This document shows positions 30,963 through 42,384 of a DNA stretch of 64,000 nt, piece by piece. The notes beneath the pieces are model-generated. The model had not been told where the DNA came from, ran no database searches, and saw only the letters and a list, made by a program, of their open reading frames with translations. How positions within the stretch are numbered: the first letter of the stretch is position 1; every line of letters starts with the position of its first letter. The stretch comes from Paraspadella gotoi (Eukaryota > Animalia > Chaetognatha): positions 19,853,546 to 19,917,545 of the forward strand of contig CM119267.1 of NCBI GenBank assembly GCA_051294375.1, in the 5' to 3' direction. Both the position numbers and the translations under genes were made by a program.

Positions 30963-33900
30963 TCACCAAATACCAGCCCCATCTATGTCGATATCGGCGG
31001 CGGCCATCGAAAGATTCTCAAATGCGGCGGTCGCGGTGGCGAGTCGGAACACTACGGGGCAATCGAAACTGAGGCAGACTTGCCTGCCACCCATCCAAGA
31101 CCCGTCTTTTCCGGCATTCTCGGGATTCCGACCGGAACAAGCGTGGCACGCCTCGCTGAGTAACTGCCGCTTTCGCTGTTCGTCACGCAAGGCCGCCGTC
31201 AGCGCCAAAACCGTCCGCTGCGGATCCGCGGCGCAGGAGGCGCAGAAACGCGTCTTAATTGTCTTTTCGGAACAAGTGGCGCAATGAGACGAGGCGAAAA
31301 ACTGGGATATGGTGGTCGGTGCCCGTGCGCCTGAGCGGAGCGGTGACGTCGGGAGTCGGCCGAGGCGCTGCAGGTGAACGCCGCCTTGATACACCTGGTC
31401 GTACCACGAGGTAACGTTAAGGTTCAAAAGGCCAAAAACTCGCTGAAGCGCCGGAATCAGTTGGCGGGTGATGTAGTAAGTGGTGTTGATAGTGAGATTG
31501 GGATCGCGGAGAAGCTGAAAAAACCACAGGAATCTAAACTAATCTTTTTTGGCCGTTTTTTAATTTTTTTATGCTAGTCTACCTCCAAAGGCGTTCGGAC
31601 CATCTTAATTAACGGCAAACCAGGCGCCCCGTTGACAATGACATACGGAACTCGTTCCCCCGCCCTCGGTTCCGCCCTCGGGTCAAGTCTTGTCCGTTGC
31701 TTAGCGATTTCCAAGGAGGGAACGCAAGCTCCGGGACGATAAAAACCCTGGCCGCGATATTCTTTGGCGATGATGAGATCCTAAGATAAAGAAGTAAAAT
31801 ATAATAGAAATATTTTTCTTACTGATCTGAGACTGATCTCCTTACTTGTATCGGGACCCGACCGTCCACGAGTTTCGCCATCTGGCGTTGAACGTAGCTT
31901 TTTACTAGAGAAACGTCTTTAGTTCGAAAAAGAATTTTCAGAGCAGATTCCAAAACTTTGGAGACGACGGAACACCCGTCACGGCGAACCGTCTCTATCC
32001 CCTTCCCTGAGAAAAAAAAAAAGGTTCGTGAGATTGGCTTACAGCCACTTCAGAAGATTTAGAAAAAGTTACCTTCAAAAACCGGATCCTGGGACAATGA
32101 TTCTCTCATGTAGCCGCAGTATCTTTTTTTGGTCATCAGTACGCAAGCATCGTAACATTTTTCGAACTTTAATTTAATCTATAAAAAAAGAATTATGAGT
32201 CAAATCCAGATAATTATTTGTTTTATTTCAAGTTCATTCCCCTCACCGGCGGGGGATTCATCTTAGTGATGACAGCGGCTATTTCCTCGCCAATTTTGAA
32301 AGCTTCTTCCCTCGACCGATTCTTAAGTAGAACGAAAAGACTGTCTGTGTCACCATAAACAACGTGGGCGTTCCAACGTGGACTCCTCTCGACCACCTCG
32401 ATGGCCCGCTCCAAAGTCTCCCGGGACTTGGCTTTCATGGATATTGTATTTATTATCTTCATAATTATTTCGGTGATGTTTAAAAGGTGGCAATTTGTCA
32501 GAAGCTCACCGACGATGCTATCGCCCAACTCGACCAATGGCATCCTCCCCGAGTAGTTGGCGGCCGTGTAGCCAAAGGTCACGTTGGCAATCAGCTTCAA
32601 ACCCATTTGACGGTAATCCAAGACTTTTTTCAAAGTTGCGTCGCTTTTGTATTTTTTCATAGCTTGTTTCACCATAATTCTACGAAAAATGGGTCGAGTC
32701 ATGTAAGGAATCACCACATTTAATTTATTTAGAGATCGACAAACCTCGTGGACAGGATGGAACTGAGCATTTTGGGCAAGACTCCGACCCCACCAGATCG
32801 GTTTATAAAGGCGACGCCACCGGGAGAGATGTTGATATCTCTCTTAATTCGATCGAAGGTCTGACGTGGAACCGTCAGCCGGGTGGCCCCGAATTGAAAC
32901 TCCTCGTCGCTGCCAAGATGCTCAATACGACCTGGATATAAGGAAATAAGCAAGTTGCTAAAAACAAAATTTTACGTTCCAAAACCGCAAGTTGGGTCAT
33001 AGTTCTCACCCAAACAAGTCGAGTAACAGTAATTGTAGGCTATCATGATGGAAGGGTAAAGAGACTGAAAATCTAGAACGATGACGGGATCGGTATAGAA
33101 CTTTGACTCCGGTTCGAGATTCAAAGGAATAACGACTGGAGCTTTCGCTTTTGCGCGCTGAAAAAAAAAAATTGAAATTATTTAATCTTTAACTTACAAA
33201 TTGTATTTTGACTTTCTTTTTGCTATTTAAAATAGTTTAGAGATGAAACGAAAAATTCGTTGGAACAGCAATTTTATTTTTAATATTGTATGTTTCGACT
33301 CATAGTGGTACGAGTCTTCATGATGAAGACTCGTATTAAAAATAAAATTGCTATTCCAAAGAATTTTTCGTTTCATCTCTAAACTTACAAATTTAAATAA
33401 TTAATAATTTTTAGAGATAAATAATTCGAAACCAAACCAAATAAAACATTAATCAACCTACGAGCTCACCTGTTCGACGGAAGGCGAAACCAAAACGTAA
33501 TTTCGCGGTTTTGCGAATCGGAACATCATGGATTCGACGCGGAACTGGGTACCGCGAGTGAGAACGTCGTGAAACATGATCCCAAAGACTCGTGCCATCT
33601 CAGACGTAGAGGAAATCAAATCGAGCTGTAATAATAGCCGAAGATTTCCGACGGCTCTCGTCATGTAATAAGAAAAAACTAAGCCCTTTAGTTCTAAGGA
33701 CCCACAGCCGTAAAAGGCGGAGAGGGTAGAGAATTGGTAGCAAGGCACGCGTTCGTGGAGTATGTGGTAGACGGCGTTTTCGAACGTATAATTGTTTAAC
33801 GTAAGACTGTACTTTATAGTTCTCCATCCGCATAACATTATGCGCCCTGGAACGGTATAGTAGCTTTGCCAATCAGTGCTTAGATTAATCCTCGTTTCAG

Positions 33901-35344
33901 CGTCTTCTTTCTTTCGCCTCGCCTGCCTTTTGGCCTCCAGGTGAAAAGAAGCGCGCGAAAGTGAACTTTGCAGGTTTCGATTTAAATAGACGCCTAAAAG
34001 AAAATGAACATTGAACAAATTTTACAGAATAACAGATAGCTGTATCATACTGTGATAGATTGAAAATTCGATCGCCGTAAAAATTGACTTAATATATAAA
34101 AATAAACATTCACCTCTTTGAAGCAAAAATCCCCACGAGAGCATCTCGATTTCCCATCCCACGAGAACGTCGGGATCCCAACTTCTAACGAGGAACTCCA
34201 AGGCGTCAAAGAGTTGTTCCTCGGCCTCGACGGAGAGGGCGCTGAACTGAGGCCCCGTGGCGAAGTTAGTCTTTATCTGCTCCATTTGGTGTCGTAACGT
34301 TGATCCAGAGGGAGCCACCAAAATCCAGCCGCTCAAATTAGGTTCAGTTCCTGCGACGGTAAAACTAGGAGCGTCGGTCTTGAGACTGAAGAACACTGTA
34401 AACAAAACCTGTCAGCACCTTAAAATATTAATCGTATTCAATACATACATAAATCTCACATTCACGAGGATTTTACCAGCGCTAATGCAGTCGTGTTCCG
34501 GATCAGGATTCAAATCTCCCCGGCAGACGACGTGAACCTCTAGACTCATGACAGTGATGTGAGACGCATGGTGAACGGCCTTTACTTCACCAAAAGCTGT
34601 TTCTTGATTCACTTTAAAACCAAACGCGCCGGCCAGCGTCGGACCCTCTATGCCAGATTGATCAATGGCGTTATTCGAAGCGATTCCGAGAAATGACTCC
34701 GGTTGACAAAATTCGCCAGAGGGAAGATCGCCATTCTCGTTAGAGTCTGATTTTATTTTCAGAAATCCATTCTCTCTTCCCCACTTGGTGGCCTGACGAC
34801 GGGAAGGGGGCTTGATAGCCGGCACGAATCGGTTGTTTTTACTCCTACTGGCGCCGCCCTCGGCGTCTTGAAGGTGGCGAAAAAGGCTCAGGCCCGCCAT
34901 GGTTCCATGTTCTTCCAAGTCCGCCATGGACCTTATACCTCTGCCCAAGGCCGCAGAATCCGAAACGTCTCTCGGATTTGAGAAGAAGGCGTCCTGGTGT
35001 AAATCGAAACGAAGATCGAGGGTCGAGGATCTTTCTACTGTTCTTCTCGAAGGGGGCTTGTCCAAGCGACAAAAGCGGCGACATGGCGAACGCGGTTGGC
35101 GCGTTGGCCTCGACGTTTCTGGCGCCTTCTTGACATCTCTTATGAGAGTCTCATCCAAGTAAGAGTTGGACGCTCGGCTTCGTTTAAAAACCGGATCATC
35201 ATAATCATCGTGAGAGGTCGTTGACATCCCCGACGGTGAACCAGAAGGAACTAACGTCGACTGACTAGAGGAGGGAGAGGTCGTTTTTGAGTCGAATGCT
35301 AGACGCTGAAGAACGTCAATACCCTTCGCTGCGTCGTATTCCAT
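30963..35344 (-). CDS. REV3L: DNA polymerase zeta catalytic subunit, C-terminal part only (REV7-binding motifs, inactive exo-like domain, B-family polymerase, CysA/CysB)
   Basis: DKPPSRR and [11 protein letters not shown] (REV7-binding-like motifs), [14 protein letters not shown]...[106 protein letters not shown] and [12 protein letters not shown]. The start at 35344 is the first in-frame ATG and is tentative. Confidence 0.93.
33234..33385. repeat. ~52-bp inverted repeat with an inner hairpin, in a REV3L intron
   Basis: 33234-33285 matches the reverse complement of 33334-33385 with 2 mismatches. Inner stem TACGAGTCTTCA-TGA-TGAAGACTCGTA. Confidence 0.88.
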
Positions 35345-35627
35345 TTCAATACAGGGCTTCCCATTTTGCAGCTTGATGAAAAAATATAACAACAAATAGT
35401 TAACAGTGAAAATGTAATAAAAAATAAAAACTAGAAAAGTGTGCTTTCGTAGATGTATCTTTATTTCGTTTCGATACAAGGGGACTTTGTCAAAAATAAT
35501 TAATATTAAAGCATCTGTACTTTGGACAATGGACATCCTTTTCACTGAGAGGACGACAAAAATAATAAGAATTAAAACAGATACATGTCCCCTATCAGAA
35601 ATACAGTTTGAGAACAATGACTTTTGA

Positions 35628-38600
35628 CTAAGATGATATTCCGTCGACAGCGGGCGTTGTGGGTCGCGTAAACAGCCGTTGAAGAATAGTCGAGAGTTTA
35701 TGGTGCATCGACTGTGGAGCACAATGTTCCTCTAACCATCTTATAACACCTAAGATTTAACGACGGGCAGCTATTTATACTAAGTAACCTAACCTTTTCT
35801 CCCCGAAAAAATTACGCAAGGCACTACCTGAAGATAATTCGACAAAACTGTGAACTCCGACTAACGAATCAAATGAGGTAAACAAGGATTCCAGCAGTTC
35901 CGTGAAAATCGTGAATTTAGCTTCTTGTATGGCAAGGTTGGTTCGTTGACTTTGAACATGCCGTTCTTCTGCCTGAGCAGAGATTATTGCTACTAGTTAT
36001 TAAAATCCTAAAATGTTACTTAAAAACCTTTAAAATTTAGTGATCTCGCCAGACGTTACTATCATAGAAAATTAATGAAAAAGTTTAGAAAAAAAAAGAA
36101 TGATTGATGCGATAACGAATTATTGATGTAATAAAAATTGATTGATTGATGTAATAGTAATTAATCATTTGATGTAATAATAATTGATCGATTGATGTAA
36201 TAGTAATTAATTGATTGATATAATAATTGATTAATTGATGTAATAATTGATTTATTAATATAATAATAATTGATTGATATAAAAATAATTTATTGATTGA
36301 TGTGATAATAATTTAATGACGCGATGATAACCAAATATTGATGCTATCATCACAGAGGAATGAAACCCGGAAACAGAGGAAAGGATTAAGGAAGAGGATT
36401 CCGGAAGAGGAAGAAGATTCTGGAATGATTTCGAATGGGATTTTGGAAGCCAAATCCAGAAAAGGAACAATAGTTTCCGGAAGAGGAAAAGAAGGTTCCA
36501 GAAGAGGAAGAGGAGGATTCCGGAAGAGGAATCTGGCTTCGTCTACTTACCCTTTATAAATAGCCTCTGTTTCTGCTTTGATTCACTCTGTCTAAAAATT
36601 GACACCGTCTTCATGTCTATTTTCTGAGAATAAAATTCCACTTTGGTTTCATATAGAAATCCCTGTCTGTTTACTTAAATGTGGTGACAGGAGTGGACTC
36701 GACTCACCACGTCTCCAAGAAGAATCAAGCCTTACCTCGACCACACAACCCCTAAAGAAAATGGACTACACCTCTGCCCCCGCCATTCCTCCAGCCAAGC
36801 CAGGATGGAACCTTTTCCAGTGGAAAAAAGGGGCTGCGGCACAATCAACTGACGCCGCAAGCACAGAAGACGGTAGCAGTGCCCGGGACAAAGTGGAGTT
36901 CAAAACATTCAAGCTGGATGGAGCTCTAAGGGATCACTGCCAATTGGACAATGACCAGGCGGAAATCACCCGCCAAATCTTAAAGATCGTCAATGACGTC
37001 AACCAGCAGACACAACAAAATCTTGATAACTTGAGCCAAAGAGTCAAAGACAGTGAAGCAGGCCTTGGCTCAAAGCTGGATAAACTCAAAGACATGATGA
37101 AGACTCTGATATCTTGGCGCAACAACCAAGACCCCAACACCATAAAGGCTGGACAACTCCGTGCTACTGGACTGCAAAATCAACCCCATGATGCCTTTGC
37201 GGGACAACCTCTTGGCAAGATGGAATCTGAAAGCAAAAGGAGTGACCCACCCTCCTATACTCTAGTCGATCATCCCATCAGGCTTGAGAAAAGGAGGGCT
37301 GATGAATCACCACAAGACTTTCTACGCAGCTTCTATGAGGCTTTTAAGGACTCTCCAGCCCAAGACAAAATCGACCAGCAATTACGAGCCCTACTGGCGC
37401 GAGACAAGATTGCCAGCCAGTTCATAGAACCTATCGACCAATCTATGTGGCTAGGACTTTGTGCACTCTGCAAAGAATCATCAGTGAGCATCACAGAAGC
37501 ACTTGCTGAAGCCAAAATTGAAGTTAATCCACAAGTACATGCCAAATATGGGCTTGCCCTTGTCAACGAAGCAAAGGAGAACTTCGAAACTGTCAGGGAG
37601 AAGGACAGAGCCTCCATCCCAGACTTTGTCGCCCAAATAATTTATATAATAATTTAATAATTTAATAATTTATATAATGATAACCAAATGATTGATGTGA
37701 TGATAATCATTCATCGTAAACAAAACATGCGTGTATGAGTGAAAGAGAGAAAGAAAAAAAAACAAAAAAATTAGACGAATCAGAAGAAGCAACGACGGAA
37801 AAAAAGAGCGACATATAATTAAGAGAGAGAAATAGAGGAAAGCTAAACAGCCTTTTACACACTTTTACAATTTGTAATGGTAAAGAAGCGTGATAACGAC
37901 GACAATGGTCACAAAATAGTAGAGCCGATCCTCTCACCAAATCGGGCTTTAGCAGGTCTGGCGAGATAAAAATTAAAAAAATGGATATCTTGCAAACCTG
38001 CTTAGCCTCCTTGAGCATCTGTTGATAATGATCCTTCATAATCTTTAGCCCAGTTACTTCTTTCCTCATCATCTCCAGCTCCTCCTCCTGCCGCTTGGCT
38101 TCTTTCTCCAACCACTGCGCGTAATCGATGGATCGTTGCAGCACCGCGGCCTTGGACGGTTTGGACGGCATCAAATCTGCCGGTGCTTCTGTCTCTCCGT
38201 CCATCATGTAGCCGTTAAGGGTAGGAACCAATGCTACCAAGTCATCATATCTAACATAACGAGGCACTGTCGAGATGAGAATGCAAGACGCAAGTCCAAA
38301 TATCGAAGAATCTCTGACTCACCCTTTCTTGATTTGATCTCGCCGCATCTGTTCGGCCTTGGTGTGTTTCTCACGCCGCAGGTCTTTCTGATGTTTCTTC
38401 GCGTCCGAGTCGGAATCGTCAGCGTCGGTATTGTGGGCGGAGGAGGCCGACGAAAGCGCCCGACTGCTTCCTCCGCTCGGAAGAATCTGCGAAGTGGAAG
38501 AGGAAGTAGAACACGAGTGGAATTTTAAATTTTGAAACAGGAGAAGGCAAACCTGGGAGGCGTTGTCAGTGACAACGATAATGCTATCGTCCGAGTTTTC

Positions 38601-38672
38601 CACTTTTAATCTTTCTATTTTTAGTTTAAAGGATTTGGAGGGAGAAGAGTTCGGGGAATGATTGGCAGCCAT
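35628..38672 (-). CDS. MLX: Max-like protein X (bHLH-Zip plus C-terminal DCD), multi-exon, with a ~2-kb TE-filled intron
   Basis: RREKHTKAEQMRRDQIKKGYDDLVALVP...SKAAVLQRSIDYAQWL...LKIMKDHYQQML. After the large intron, KFTIFTELLESLFTSFDSLVGVHSFVELSSGVIRWLEEHCAPQ matches the MLX C-terminal domain. Stop TAG at 35630-35628. Confidence 0.9.
36555..36696 (+). promoter_or_regulatory. LTR-like promoter block (TATA, Inr-like, AATAAA) and tRNA-Leu primer-binding site
   Basis: TATAAATA at 36555, TCACTC ~28 nt downstream, AATAAA at ~36629. TGGTGACAGGAGTGG at 36682-36696 matches the complement of the tRNA-Leu(CAG) 3' end (TGGTGTCAGGAGTGG) with one mismatch. Confidence 0.6.
36761..37657 (+). CDS. Truncated gag-like / retroelement ORF1 (~298 aa from ATG 36761), antisense within MLX intron
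   Basis: The open frame starts 65 nt after the PBS-like motif, has a coiled-coil-like middle (QQTQQNLDNLSQRVKDSEAGLGSKLDKLKDMMKTL), and runs straight into the AT-rich host repeat at ~37637, so it is cut off. The gag call rests on position, not on a motif. Confidence 0.55.
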   Translation: MDYTSAPAIPPAKPGWNLFQWKKGAAAQSTDAASTEDGSSARDKVEFKTFKLDGALRDHCQLDNDQAEITRQILKIVNDVNQQTQQNLDNLSQRVKDSEAGLGSKLDKLKDMMKTLISWRNNQDPNTIKAGQLRATGLQNQPHDAFAGQPLGKMESESKRSDPPSYTLVDHPIRLEKRRADESPQDFLRSFYEAFKDSPAQDKIDQQLRALLARDKIASQFIEPIDQSMWLGLCALCKESSVSITEALAEAKIEVNPQVHAKYGLALVNEAKENFETVREKDRASIPDFVAQIIYIII

Positions 38673-38856
38673 TTTCCTTTCGGTCCCGGGAATAACTTTA
38701 GGTTACATGATTGACGTATAACAAAATAAAAGACTAAAAGGCGTGGCATTTCACCGATTTTATTGTTTCGGATACCCATTGATTTATAAGATCACCAGGG
38801 TTTTAAGAATAAAGATCGGTCAATCACAGCAGTATTATAGCAGAACAGTTTTAGAT

Positions 38857-40731
38857 TTAGCAGTTTTCTAACAGGACGGCGATGCCTTGGCCGCCGCCAA
38901 TGCATGCCGTTCCGACGGCATATTTCAATTTTTTTCTTCGAATGTGGTGCACAAGATTAGCGGTTATTCGGCTTCCGGACGCTCCTATTTGAAAAAAAAA
39001 ATACGTACAAAAATCTAAAAAATATTTGATTATAAGGAAAATAAGCTAAAAGCTGCCTTACCTAAGGGGTGTCCTAATGCAATCGCACCGCCGTTTACAT
39101 TTGTCTTCGCCGGATCAAGCTCTAAGGCCTGCACAAATTATAATAAATTAGATGATATAATAGACCATTTAAAATTCGTAGCCGTTAGCGCGAATTCGAA
39201 TTCCAATTTATATAATATTAATTGAAATCGGTAATAATTGATTTACTTTTTGAACGCTGAGGAACTGGGCTGCAAAAGCTTCGTTGACTTCAACAACATC
39301 AACTTGTCCCAAAGAAACATCGCAGGCCTTGAGCATCTTTTGAACAGCCGGAACTGGACCGATTCCCATAATAGTTGGATCACAACCGGCTATTCCGTAC
39401 CTGTAATTGTTTCAATTTTATTTTAAAATGAAATTAAGATAATTATTTAATATGTTGAGTATTGGTAATGACTGATTTCTCAACATATCAAATAATAATA
39501 TATCTAAAATATATGATAAATATTGATGGAATTGAATTTGTAAGACACTAAACTTACCCAACAAGTCTGGCCAATGGTTTAAGGTTGTGCTTAGAAAGGG
39601 CGTCTTCGCTGGCAAGAATAACAGCCGAAGCTCCATCACAGACCCCGGAGGCGCTCGCTGCAGTGACGGTGCCGTCTTTTTTGAAGACAGGCGGAAGTTT
39701 CGCCATTGACTCAACGGACACATCCGGACGAGGATGCTCGTCCACATCGAAAGAGACCGGACCTATTAAAATTCATCCTTCGAATGAGAAGGAATTTAAA
39801 TAATACGCCAAATAATCTACTATACCCTTTTTGGATTTAAGTTCAATAGGGGCCATTTCATCTTTGAACGCTCCGGCTTTATGAGCAGCCGCCCATCGAT
39901 GCTGCGTTTGAACGGCATATTTATCACAGTCGTCTCTGAAGTTAACGTTAAACGTAAGTGAACTAGCCGGTTTAATTTAAAATAAATTAAAATCAACCTG
40001 CTGATTTCGTATTTAACGGCCAAATTTTCAGCGGTGACGCCCATTGGTGTCTTCACATGAAGATCGGTAAGACCAGACCACAAAGTATCTTCCATAACAA
40101 GGTCTGTACCGAGACGGACACCAAAACGGGCATCTCGAACGGCGAAAGGACATTGGCTCATGTTTTCGGTTCCGCCTTACGGGATTCAACAAGGTAAAAC
40201 AAGAAATAAATCACGTTCTTCAACAGGGATATTTAGATTTGTTTAATGTAGCTTTAACGTATGTAGTTCGTTTTTTGTTTTGCTCAACGTTTTATATTTA
40301 AGCATTAGAGCATTACCTGTAAGAACGACGGAAGACTCTCCCAACATAATTTCATGGGCTCCATTTACGATGGACTGGAAACCTGAGCCGCAGAGTCTAT
40401 TGACATTTAATGAAGGAGTGTCCATCTTGCAACCTACTCGAAGCGCGACATGACGCGAAATGTAAGCCGCATCACGTGAAGATTGAATTACATTTCCGAT
40501 ACAGACAGAGTCTATCGCATCAGCCGGAACATTGCCAGCCTGCATGGCGGCACGAGCGGCAACCTGAAAACAAAAAAATGTAAACGATTTAAATGAAGAA
40601 GGGGAAGTGTGCTTTAAAAAAATCCTTACCTCCTGTAGGTCCGTGGCGCTCATGCCTTTTAATTTTCCGCCATATGCTCCGAATGCGGTTCTCTTGGCTG
40701 CAACTATAAAAATCCCTCTTGCTAGCGCCAT
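38857..40731 (-). CDS. ACAA2: 3-ketoacyl-CoA thiolase, mitochondrial, multi-exon
   Basis: [78 protein letters not shown] and [17 protein letters not shown]. Confidence 0.96.
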
Positions 40732-40808
40732 TTTTCTGGCAATATTTCACAGAAACACTGAAATTAAGGAGAATTTATGACGTTCAACTCTCTATACGTA
40801 TGACGTGT

Positions 40809-42330
40809 TTATAACTCTCTAAGTACCGGTAAGTCAAGAAAATATAAAAACATTTCTAGAAAAAAATTCAATTGTTTCAACAAATGTAACCTGGCAAACA
40901 TTTTAGGGTAAAGATGAGGTTTCGAATCAGTGAGAATGTGGTTTCTGTTGTAATAACAGCTAAAGTCTTTCGAAAAATTTAAAAGGAATTGAATAATTTT
41001 ATGATGGTTTTCCGAGTATTTTAAATTTTGTACACGCTCATTTCTTTTTGAAAGATATTTAAAAGTTAAAGACCATTCTTGTAAGTCTGTTAGATAATTC
41101 AGATCGGGTTTTTCGGGTATTGAAGGATATTCCCCTTTCCCTACCATGGATTCGAAATGCCTCATGATGCTTTGAATCCGAGCGCAATTGTAAAGGAAAA
41201 AAGCCCCTGCTTTCTGGTCGCAATTCGAACAAAATGAGAGATTTGCACGAATCGTCTTTTTCATTAATTCAAACTTAAAAAAGGCGCGATTAATTGTTTC
41301 TACGTTCGCGATGGACGGCTCGGATTCCGAAGTCAACCTCCCAGCGGAAATCCTTTTCAAGAATTCCAGATTCTTAAGCCATTCCGGCTCCGCGAGAACG
41401 TCGGTACAAACCATACCAATCGAAATTACATTGAATTCAGCCTTTTCTGTCGAGATCATTTGCCATGATCTTTTAGTCTGAAAAGCATTCTGCTCAAAAT
41501 TTTGAGGGCAGAAGTATTGGACTCTGTCAAACTCGCCTTTTTGAACAAGTAATTCGATCAGTGCGACAGTTGTGACCACGATCTCGCTAAGGAACATTTT
41601 TTCCGCCCCATTGTGGTCATCATTTTTCAATTTTTCCAAATGTTTTAAATAATTTTTGTTTTCGCTATTGCAATCACCAATCTTCTTCCGAACCTCAAGT
41701 GAAGCGTCCATCACGAGCTTCTCGCTTGGTCGAAATTCGTCGCATAAGCGCTCGCCCAAACTGTTTAACTTCTTAACTTTTTCTTGGGGCAAAACAATTA
41801 ATTTTGAATTATTGCCCACATTTAAAAATTTGTAGGTCAAATGGGCGTTGTAAAAGCAGCGAAGTTCCGACAACGTCAATTCTGGAATCGATGATCCTCG
41901 TAGGTCGCATACAATTAGACTACTGGGGGTAGTGATCATTGGCGCCGCGCTCATGAAACAATCTTTAGTAAGAGAATCTCTATTTAGATGGAGATAAATG
42001 TTTTTATTGTTCGCTCCTCGGCTCCATTTTGACAATGAAATGGGCCATTGTTCTGAACGCCAGATAACTTGGTCTGAAAAAGGGTGAAAATTGAATATAA
42101 CACCGTACAAATGATATTAAAAAGGTTTAATGGTTACCCAGAATTTCAGAAGATTCCGCATCATTTTCTGTTAATCCGAGCTCTTTTGACAACTGATAAG
42201 TTAAAACGTAGTCGCCCAAATCCAATCGTCTCGACTCCTCGTAGATCTTTCCATCGTGTTTCAGAACTGTCTTATTTGTCAATTCTAATATTTCTGCTAA
42301 TATTTTACCTCCAATATCAAAACCTTCCAT
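40809..42330 (-). CDS. DALRD3: DALR anticodon-binding domain-containing protein 3, 2 exons
   Basis: LTLSELR, GAFFLYNCARIQSIMRHF...GEYP, LTDLQEWSLTFKYL and FSKDFSCYYNRNHILTDSKPHLYPKMFARLHLL match the DALRD3 C-terminal DALR domain. Confidence 0.88.
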
Positions 42331-42384
42331 TTCGACTTATAACTGAAAACAAGAACGAAGAAGATAAAGAGACGAAAATAAATA

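Larger units (their letters stand above)
36043..37967 (-). mobile_element. HINE/DINE-1-like (Helentron-associated) non-autonomous element, copy 1, carrying a ~1.3-kb insert
   Basis: Subterminal IRs ATCTCGCCAGAC (36043-36054) and GTCTGGCGAGAT (37956-37967), a T-run at one end with a nearby partial second IR, and an AT-rich tandem core (TTGATTGATGTAATAATAA). Both flanks align by eye with the copy at 55758-56462. Confidence 0.75.

Noticed and set aside
35345-35722. First ~125 aa of the 436-aa ORF 34412-35722 as a REV3L N-terminus
   Set aside because: It starts at a non-ATG codon, overlaps the MLX last exon in another frame, runs through AT-rich UTR and polypyrimidine sequence, and has no resemblance to the REV3 NTD.
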